From Bilabrum cf. latius (lineage: Eukaryota), in contig OZ237749.1 of assembly GCA_965178125.1 (NCBI GenBank), positions 496,001 through 560,000 on the forward strand: 64,000 bases of DNA. The letters run 5' to 3'. Both the position numbers and the translations under genes were made by a program. This document shows positions 51,842-60,662 of the stretch, in pieces; position 1 is the stretch's first letter; every line of letters starts with the position of its first letter. Under the pieces are notes generated by a model. The model worked only from the letters and a program-made list of their open reading frames with translations. It was not told the DNA's origin and ran no database searches.

Positions 51842-53194
51842 ATGTCCTTCCAATCACCAAACGTCCAAGCACTCGTTCAGCAAGCCCTTGGGAAACAGTT
51901 AGACTGGGCGAAATTGTAGGATTTAGAAGCGAAAGACACCGCCGACCTGGAACGTGAATACGCTTCCTACATAAGGCAGAAAAATAAAATAGAACGATTA
52001 AGAGAAAGTGGAAAATACGGAACCCCTTCTATGAGGCGCAAAGCGGACCAAACCAATCAGGAAATTGTGGGGAAATCCATAGCTGGGATAATGAAGGGGG
52101 TGGTTGAGGGAGAGCTGGGGAAAGCTCAGAAAGCGACGGAAGCCCTTACGTAGTTCTTGGGAAGCATCAACGTGAGCGGGGAAATGAAAGAGTATCTAAT
52201 GAGACAACTTACGAACATAGAAAGGCTACAACGGAAGGGATATGAGGGACTGCGTGGAGTTCCAATGGAAGACTATAAAACAATCCAAAAGCTACAGGCA
52301 ACCGTGGGTAAATTCGCCGGTGTTAAGACAGCGCCGACGACACCTCCACCACGAGAACCTGCGCGTGGGGGACCTAGAACTCCAGAGGGCGAACCACCAA
52401 AGTCACGAAGAAAGGGAAAAGACTCAGTTGTCAGAGATTTATCTGGGGTGTCAGAATATTACGACCCGAGCAGTCCAGAGCCAGTAGATAAAACAGAGCG
52501 GAAATCGTAGCGAAAAAGTGGAAGACCGAAAGGAAGTCTGAATAAAGCAACAAAAATTAAAATTGTAGATGAACATATGCGCAAAAATTATCCTCAGCTA
52601 TTGGCAACGAGCGATGACATCAAGTTGGCCTTCTATAAAAGACTAGTGGACAACGGAACACTTCCGCCAGTTGTTTCATCCCTTTTTTCACCACAGACAG
52701 CCATTTCACGGGACCCTACCCCGTCGTGGGAACAGTTTCTTGAAAAGTCAGAACAACCACAAAGGGGACCCGAACTTCGTCGTTCACCAGCAAAAACAAA
52801 CCGACAATTCAGGACCATTTACAGAGACGCTTCGTCCACGGGTTTGAATTTAGATGCGATAGATAGACTCAAGCGACAAGAGGACAAACTTAAAGTGTTG
52901 CGCATTTGGGACGCTAACAGACAACTTGGGATTGACGGGGCGCTACTATTTGCAAGTGATTAGAGTGGAGTATCACCAGCACGAACGCGGGGAAAACTCA
53001 AGGCAATTGAAGATGGCGCGCAAGGCGCACCTTTGGAATTAGAAGAAGGGTCTGGGGAAGCCTAGGGGCTTTCAGGGAGAGCCCGAACACTTTTCCAAAC
53101 CGCTAAAAATGTTTCCAAGAAGGTAAAAGGGGCGACAAATGAAATCCAACACCAGGTGGCGAAAGAGGTTTTAGGTGTTCTTGGATTCCGCTGA
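51842..53194 (+). CDS. Virophage hypothetical protein (450 aa) with AT-hook-like GRPKGS motif
   Basis: One frame across TAGs joining ORFs 52157.. and 52577..; TGA stop. Confidence 0.7.
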
Positions 53195-53245
53195 AGCTTT
53201 TTCACACTCTATACTTAAATCTACTGCTATACTATATAGCACAGA

Positions 53246-53458
53246 ATGACGGAAGAATGGAGTTACAACAAATATTATTACGAGAAAAATAAGGAACGCT
53301 TAAAGAAGAAGGTGCAGTGTGGGTGTGGCTCCAAAGTAGCACACTACAACTTATAGCACCACAGGAATACCAAGAAACACAAAGCGTGGGAAACCGATGA
53401 AACCAAGCAGGAAATCCAACGACTCAAGGACGAGTTAGAATGCTTGAAACAAGAATAA
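53246..53458 (+). CDS. Zinc-ribbon/C2H2-like small protein (70 aa)
   Basis: YYEKNKE..KVQCGCGS..HHRNTKKH, the Zn-ribbon pattern known from virophages. Confidence 0.7.
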
Positions 53459-53658
53459 AAGAGCTTTTTAGGAAAATGCTGTTCCGTCAGCAAACTACGG
53501 AAGCGGACGCCGAAGGCGGAGAACCGTGCCTCAGCCAAAAAGAATTGAGAGAGTCCTTAAGTGGTTTTGGTTAAGCAAGATGCTCGGCCTTTGGCCTCCG
53601 CTCTTTTCATTCTTTTTGAAAGGATAATCTTAAAAGCTTACTATATATATATTAACGA

Positions 53659-54648
53659 ATGTCCGTCTCTAATCTTTTAGTGCCGAACACATATAGGTTG
53701 TATTGTCAAAGTATTACACCCGTTGAAGGTGGAGGAGGTGGCGGAACACCGAGTCTATCAAGTGTTCTACAAGCCGGAAATAATGCTGGAAATACTACAA
53801 TTACAAATGTTGCTCTTCCAGTCAATCTCCAAGATGTTGCTACAAAGCAATACGTGGATTCCACAAGTGGCGGAGGAGGAGGGGGAGGAACACCAACTCT
53901 AACTGCTGTGCTGACCCAAGGCGGAAATGCGGGAAACCTTACCATATCAAATTTGGGGTCTCTACACACATCAGGAAGAGGCGACATTGAGTCAAACAAA
54001 GGGACGATGGGGAGCTTAACACTCACAGGTGAGATTTACGGAGACGGGCAAAGAGAACAACCAACCATCACACTTCAAACCATACCAAGTCCTCTCAAGA
54101 ACCAAATAGAGGGAAGAAATACGAATGGAACTCCAGGAGACAACTTCATTCAATTCTGGATTGATAATGGTAGTGGAAATCCGGTAGGCACGGCACAGAT
54201 ACGTGGAGATGGAACTATGTTCGTATAGAATGGTGTTGTTCCTTTCACAGGAGCACACGTGGGAACGCTGGGAAGCGGTGCAAAACCAAAGATTGGGTAG
54301 GTTATGTCAGTAAGAACTGCGACGGTAAACGATGTGTCCAATTGCGAGTTTTCGTTCAAAGTGTGTGACCACACAAGCGTTCCATTTGGAGTCTATAGCG
54401 GAGAGGGGAAAAGTGGGGAAATAAAGGTTAATTCCGTGGGAGAAGGCGCTGTCCTTTGTTTGCGAGACGACAGCGTTCCTATTCTGGCTGGGGACTATCT
54501 GGCTATTTCCAGAACGAAAAAAGGATACGTGGAAAAGTCCAAGAGTTCTCAATTTTCTAAATGGGTCGTTGGGAAAGCAATCGTGGATGTTGAGTGGGAC
54601 GACGAGGAGGAAGAAAAGTTAATTCCAGTGGTGTATTATTGCGGATAA
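53659..54648 (+). CDS. Putative fiber/receptor-binding protein with C-terminal chaperone-like domain (329 aa)
   Basis: Repeated GGGGGGTPxLxxVLxxGxNAG, DVATKQYVD, PFTGAH, NSVGEG..GDYL..SRTKKGY..VGKA. 2 TAGs. Confidence 0.65.
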
Positions 54649-54682
54649 ACGAAAAAAGCAGATACTATAGTATACACGCAAT

Positions 54683-55207
54683 ATGAGTCTTTCTAACATC
54701 CTTCAAGACAACAGTTTTGCTCTGAAGTGTGCTTCTCTCACGACTGAAGCAATCTATGGACTACAAGGAAAGGATTTGACGATTCAAACCACAAGGGCGG
54801 ATTCTGGCGACGATGGATATGCTGTGGTGCTGAAAGCGTCAAATTCTACCACTACTGAAACGTGTGATATTCGGTTTGGAAATGGCGAGCTTGGAACAGC
54901 CTCGGCTCGTATTTACGCAAGGCAAGGCGGACAAACTCAACAAGATGACATAGATGGGTCGTATTTCCTTGGTGGGTATTGTGTTCTTTCCAAAGGGGGG
55001 GCGGGTCTTGGTCTTCCAGTAAGGACTGCGACCTAGATTGGAGACTCCACGGATACTTGTAATAAAACAGGTCGTCCAGAAGACACAAAACGAGCGGGTG
55101 TGCTTCTGTTTAATTCTACAGATTCTATTGTGATGGTTTCCGTAGGTGATGACTCTACGAGTGCTTGGAAGGAAGTGGGTGGAACAACTACCATAACACC
55201 ATCATAA
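54683..55207 (+). CDS. Second putative fiber/spike protein (174 aa)
   Basis: N-terminus MSLSNILQDNSFALKCASLT parallels that of the 53659 gene; beta-rich; one TAG. Confidence 0.55.
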
Positions 55208-55301
55208 TGTATCTCCAAAGAACCCTAAGGGCTTTTTGTAGAATACCTATCCGGTAGTTCAATACAATCACTATTGTAAGGAAATCATTCTATTGACTCC
55301 T

Positions 55302-57147
55302 TCACTATAGGAACACCTTTTTCTTCGCGTGAGTAATCACACACTCCCCCTGAGTCTCCAATTTCCACTCTCCAAGGTTTTCCGATAGTTTCAAGGGGAT
55401 TTCCATATCGCTCACAAACCCGTCCGTATTCACATAATGCATACTCTCTAGGTATGGTTCTATGACCTAGGAAAGTTTCCGCCGTCCAAAGGCTGTAAGG
55501 AAAGGGCCCAGACGAGCAAAACAAGTTCTATATGTGTGTGTTTGAGTCGCTAGAATGCCTTTCACCCTTCTTCCACCGTCCTATATGAAAGCATCTTTTA
55601 TCGTCCTAAAGTCTACCACTTCGTCGGTCGCTGGAAATGGTCTTTACTACCTAATTCCTTTGACACAACGCACCCCATACGGAATTAAGCAGTTGTTTTG
55701 CTGTTTTAAATCCTTTCTTTTTATATCCATAGAGTCGCTCCACCAAACCCTTGAAGAGGCTGACTGCCTTGATTCGCTTGTCTTTTTCGTAGATAAGGGC
55801 GTTTGCCTGTCCGTCCTGAATGATGGAAAAGGTCGCTCCCGTTTCCAAAGCTCGCTAAATATCGTGGTGAGTCCAATACTGGTTGTTCCGTGGTTGAATA
55901 AGCTTGGGATTTAGGTGTTCCACCTTTACCCTGTAAATCCCGAATTTCCAACCAAACTCCTTTGGGGTCTGGGAAAGCGTCTGGAAATCTCCGGAAAGGA
56001 CTGGAAACTACATCTGTGACTTCAACATACTTGGATAGAAGCTATTAATGTCATATTGGTAGGCTTTCTCCAGTTTAGTGTCGTTGTTTGCCCAGTTCAG
56101 TCCGCCTCCAGACGCCTTGGAAATCCACTCCGCCTCTTTTCGCCCCAAAGGCTCGGCTGGGAAAAGCTTGGAAAACTTGGAAATGTAGTTTCGCACAAAT
56201 AGAGACGCTTTGTAACCATATTTAGATATATCTATATACCCTCCAGTCTCTTGAGAGAGTGCCTCGGTGTTCTCGTGGATGCGCCTCCAAGTCGGTTCTA
56301 GGTCTTCCTCTACAGACACTTTCCAATAACACTTGTGCTTGTGGTTTTGTTCCAGTCGTGTTTCTACGTGTCTAGACGACCCATCAAACATTACATACTT
56401 GCTTTCCGCCCTTTTCCAGTAGGTCAGTAGCTGAACAGACCCTTTCTAGGGAAAACACATTAAATCCTTCTGGGATTCTGGGGAAATGAACTCGTAGTGT
56501 CCGTTGGTGAGGGACATATTCGCCAACGGGTCGTAAGACTTTCCAGATGTGTAGGAAAAATCTCCAGTAAGGTGAATGCGGATTCTCAGGAAATCCTCTA
56601 CCTCAGGAATTCTATTATAGTGGATTGGCTCGTTTCGCCCAAGGTTCAGATGGGACTTTAGTTGTGCAGGTGAAATCCTATGGAAACCGCTCTTAGTCTT
56701 TCCATTGACCTTTTTGTTCCCTCTAAATCCTACTTGGAACGGAAACGCCTTCTTGAGGGCGTTATACAGACAGTCATTATTCTCGTCCTTTCCACCCCTC
56801 GGATTGTCCTTGGGAAGCATTAGAAGTTCAAACGTGTTTAGTCTGCGGTGTTCCTATTCATCTACGTCCTCGTCCTCATATCCCTTCCACAGTGAGGTAG
56901 TTTCCTTCAGGTCTTCCGTGGTTATCCAAGCACTCCTTGTCCGCCACCCTTCCTCCACAAAATTGAGGTTAATCTTGAACTTGTATCCGTCAAAGGGATT
57001 CTCTCCGTCCTCGTCGTAGTCCTTGATAAAATCCATCACATCTTTTACCGTGATTAGCTCCTTCGCTTGAAACCTTACGCTCCAAATTGGAACGCCGTTG
57101 AGTCTCAAGTTGGTCTTCTCGGGTTCGCCGAAATCAATCTCAACCAT
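55302..57147 (-). CDS. Protein-primed family B DNA polymerase with one frameshift (between 55643 and about 55520)
   Basis: YDINSFYPSML (A) and KQLLNSVWG (B) are in one frame; ARLGPFLTAFGR..YVNTDGF (C) is in the +1 frame; ends TAG-TGA. Confidence 0.85.
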
Positions 57148-57239
57148 TCTAGAGTATATAATATACTATAGACTACCAAATTATACTTAATGTATGAACG
57201 AGAAGCAACGCTTCTACGCTTGTCCTTTTCTGAAAAGGA

Positions 57240-58922
57240 TTACGCGTCGTCAATTTTGCACAGAGACAGTTTCAGAGACTTCCCACGCTTTCCACGGGGT
57301 TTTGCCTTGGGTTTTGGTTGGTTTTCCTTCATCCACGCGGTGATTGCTATGCACGACTCGGTTACCAGTTTCTTCTGGGTTCTTCTGTGAAAAAGTTGGT
57401 TGTCGTCCATTTCCCTCTCCAGTTCCAACTCTTCTATGCGTTCCGTTTGCTCCTGTAGTTTCTTCTACATTTCCTATAGTTGTTCTCGTAGCAGTTCCAC
57501 CTCGGTCTTGGCTTTCTCTACCTCTGCTTCTTGGCGGAGAGCTTTGAACTTCGTCCTAAACCCTTCCAGTAAGTCTTTGTGCTTTACGTTGAACTCTTGC
57601 TTTCTCTATGAGTTCATCGTGGAATACACGCCTACTTCCGCCAACTGTTCCTTAATCTTCGGCGTGGAGAGGTTCTTGATTTGTCCCTTCAGTTCGTCCT
57701 TTAGGTAGTTGCGGAAGGCCATCACGGAAATGTGGAAATCTTTTCCCTCGTCCAACCACTCTTTCTTTAGCGTCCGCAGGATAGGGTGCGCCCCTTGTAG
57801 AATTCCCTAATGGAAATTCTAGGATTTTGGAGCGTATAGTCCCTTGAACTCGGGTGAGTCGTCGTAGATTTTCGCGAGGTATAGGAAGAACGCCCTCGCC
57901 ACCTCTTTGCTCTCCGTTGCTTCCTTGAGTTTCTTAAAGTATTCCTTGTCACCTTTCCTAGATGTATTGACATCCAACACGCAATATCTGCGGATTTCCT
58001 CGGTGATTTTGATGGGTGCGTCGTTCGTGTCTATGATAAGGTTGAAGGTGTTGGGACGGCTCTCGGTCTTGACGAATTTCTCATTACAGGAAAAGGTCTT
58101 CTCGGTGATAAGATTGCGTAGGGTCGCCTACATAGCGTTCCATCTAGTGTTGGAAGCTTTTGGAATCTCGTTGAAGTTCACAAGTAGTTTTCCATCTAGG
58201 ATAGAGTTGAAGGCGTCGGGCTGAAGCATAGCGTTTGTGAGCGTCTGGAGCGTCAGGGTGTATCCAAGCAGTTTTCTCATAAGGAACGTAATGATGATAG
58301 ACTTACCAGTTCCCTACGGAGACTTAAGATACAGGGCGGTCTGGAGTTTTTCCCCGCCTACAATCACGTGTGCCAGCCACTTCATCACGAAGTCAAACTG
58401 GGTGTCGTCCTCGCTCGTCCAGACCTTGTGGATATGTTCGGAAATACGAATCACGCCTTCACGTGCGTCTTCCGACACGTCTTCTAGGTTTCCGCAGTTT
58501 CCCCTCGTAATCAGGGGTATTCCCATAAGGTTAATCGTCTGCTTCTCGTAGTCTACGGTGGGTGCGTTGAATCGTCTCACCACCCTAAAGACATCTGTGT
58601 TCTCGTTAAAGAACCAATCACGAGCAGACCAATCCTTCACTCTCTTATTGTTTACCATTCGGTAGATGCAATGTCCCCCAATTAGGTAATTCTCGCTGAT
58701 GTTTCGGTTCGCCAGGAACTACCAGACTGATTTCTAAGGATTCTCGTCGGAACTGTTCTAGCGGTTCAGTTCATCCCCCTAGAGGAAATACACGCCTCCA
58801 CCTTGGTCGTGGGTGCGGTAGAAGTATTGCTGAATGTATTTGATACAATCCTCTTGATTTCCAGTGTCGCAAAGTTGCTTGAGTGTTCTGGCTGAATAGG
58901 CTGCGGTTGGCATCTGAGACAT
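57240..58922 (-). CDS. Superfamily 3 (D5/NrS-1-like) helicase (560 aa)
   Basis: FVMKWLAH, LYLKSP*GTGKS, FNS..GKLLVNFNE, LRNLIT, NLIIDTN, RRY. 11 TAGs; TAA stop. Confidence 0.88.
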
Positions 58923-59109
58923 TTTCTGTTGGTTATACTATAGACTACCAAAATATACTTAAGTGCTGACGCACAGAGTAGTCTGAGACGGATGCATCAA
59001 TTTTCCATAGTTTTCCAACGATTGAAAACCCACCGACTGTCTCCCTACTATAGGTAGTGAGTTAGCCTTAAGTAATGATTTTTTTGAACTCATCTTCATT
59101 TTTTGCTAA

Positions 59110-60237
59110 TTACGTCAGGTCTATCGGGGCTATCCCAAACTCCTCTGGAAGTTGTTTTATGGCGTCTTCTAGGGTTTCCCACGTCCAATCCTTTTCGTTT
59201 GGAAGACCGTCCCATTCCACCTAAACCCTGGTTGGCTCTCGGGTATGGACTTTCTTCATATCCTTTTTCCGGATTGCCTTGGTGTTGTGGAGCTCATCCT
59301 CGTCAATTATCTATAGTTCTTCCTTTGTGTAGGCTACTTTGTGTTTCTAATCCACGACATACAAAGGAGGTTGCCCTGGTCGCAGAAGCACCTTGGTAAT
59401 TTGTCGTTCGGTCGGGTCATAACGTAAATCGCTCGCTCTAAATGAACCCATTAATTTCTTGGAGAGTTTGTAGGCCTCCCTGGGTTCTTCCAACGGAATC
59501 CTAACAAGTGTTCCCTTTTCCAAGATATCGCAAGCCTTTCCCCTACAGTGGGTCGCTCCGAACTGAGTCGTGGGAATTGGTGGATTTTCTTTGAGTTTCT
59601 CTTTCTGGAATTCGTTGTAATCATTGACAATCGTAGGTATTAAATCCACCCAACGTCGCTCTACTTTTCCCTTGGCTATTTCCTCTACATTCTGGACGGA
59701 ATTGATGACGATTCCAAACAGTTTGTTCAAGTTTTCCACCACGGCCTGTTGTTTGTGGCGTCCTGGTTTGTTTCGGCGCACATAAACAGGCTTTTCCTAT
59801 TCTCGTAAATGCCTTGCTAATTCGTTAAATTCATTTCCGTTGTCTATTTCCAGTCTCACAGTGGGTTGCTAGACATTTCCCCGAATGAATATCTTGAGCG
59901 CTTTTTCATAGGTTTCTTTCTGGGTTTTCTTCTATAGGGGTTCTGCATCAATTAGTTTATTGTGTAAATCCACGGCTGTCAGCAGGTATTTATTTCCTTG
60001 GTCATTCGGAAGTTGCAGTAAATCCATCTGGACAACTGCGTTCGGTTGTGGAACACTTACCTTGGGCCTGTTCTTGCCCTTGGGTTTCTTTGGTCGTTTC
60101 ATTAAATTGCGGATTCTGGAGTCCTAAGGTATGTTGACTCCTTGAAGAACATATTGGAGAACATTTGGGTATTCCAAGATGCTCGGGCTTTGCCCTCCGC
60201 TCTTTTCATTCTTTTGGAAAGGATAACGGATTTCCAT
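59110..60237 (-). CDS. Retroviral-type (rve) DDE integrase with C-terminal chromodomain-like region (375 aa)
   Basis: QMDL, YLLTAVD, IDNGNEF, AVVENLNK, YTKEEL*I, VEWDGLPNEKDWTWE. 7 TAGs; TAA stop. Confidence 0.9.
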
Positions 60238-60437
60238 TCTTAGTATAGGCTTGTAGGAAAAGGGTGGGAGAAGACGGAAGCAGTGCGGGCCCCGCGCGGA
60301 AAGCACTTGGATTTCTTTGGAAAAGGTGGGATTTCTTGGGAAACACCTGGAGAACCTTGGGTAACACCTGGGGAACCTTGGGGAACACCTGGGAAACCGA
60401 CGGAAGCGGAGTCCGCAGGTAGAGAACCGAGGGAAAA

Positions 60438-60662
60438 CCTTGGAGTTTCCTTCGCTTCCTTCCGACAACCCGTGTTGAGAAAGACCAAACGTTCTTTCGC
60501 TCTCCTTTTGACCCTCTTGATGCAGACCGATGTATTGACTCATAATTTGGTTTTTGCCTACTTTGTAGGGCAAAATTCGTTCCTTCGGCTCCCGTCTCCC
60601 TCTAACAGCAAACACAGCGATGTTTTTGGAAGGCCGTTGGATTCTTCAAATTTCTTCTGACA
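60438..60662 (-). repeat. Right terminal inverted repeat (apparently truncated)
   Basis: Reverse complement of 37923-38147; homology stops abruptly after ...CTTCTGACA. Confidence 0.95.

Larger units (their letters stand above)
37383..60662. mobile_element. Endogenous virophage (Lavidaviridae/Maveriviricetes-like), about 17.9 kb plus a 5.4 kb nested Ngaro
   Basis: Abrupt drop in GC; 225-bp inverted repeats; all four virophage core genes plus pPolB, SF3 helicase and rve integrase; no introns seen. Confidence 0.93.

Noticed and set aside
37383-60662. Polinton/Maverick or Polinton-like virus rather than virophage
   Set aside because: INT + pPolB fit either, but the 589-aa MCP, penton, protease and ATPase motifs are virophage-type.
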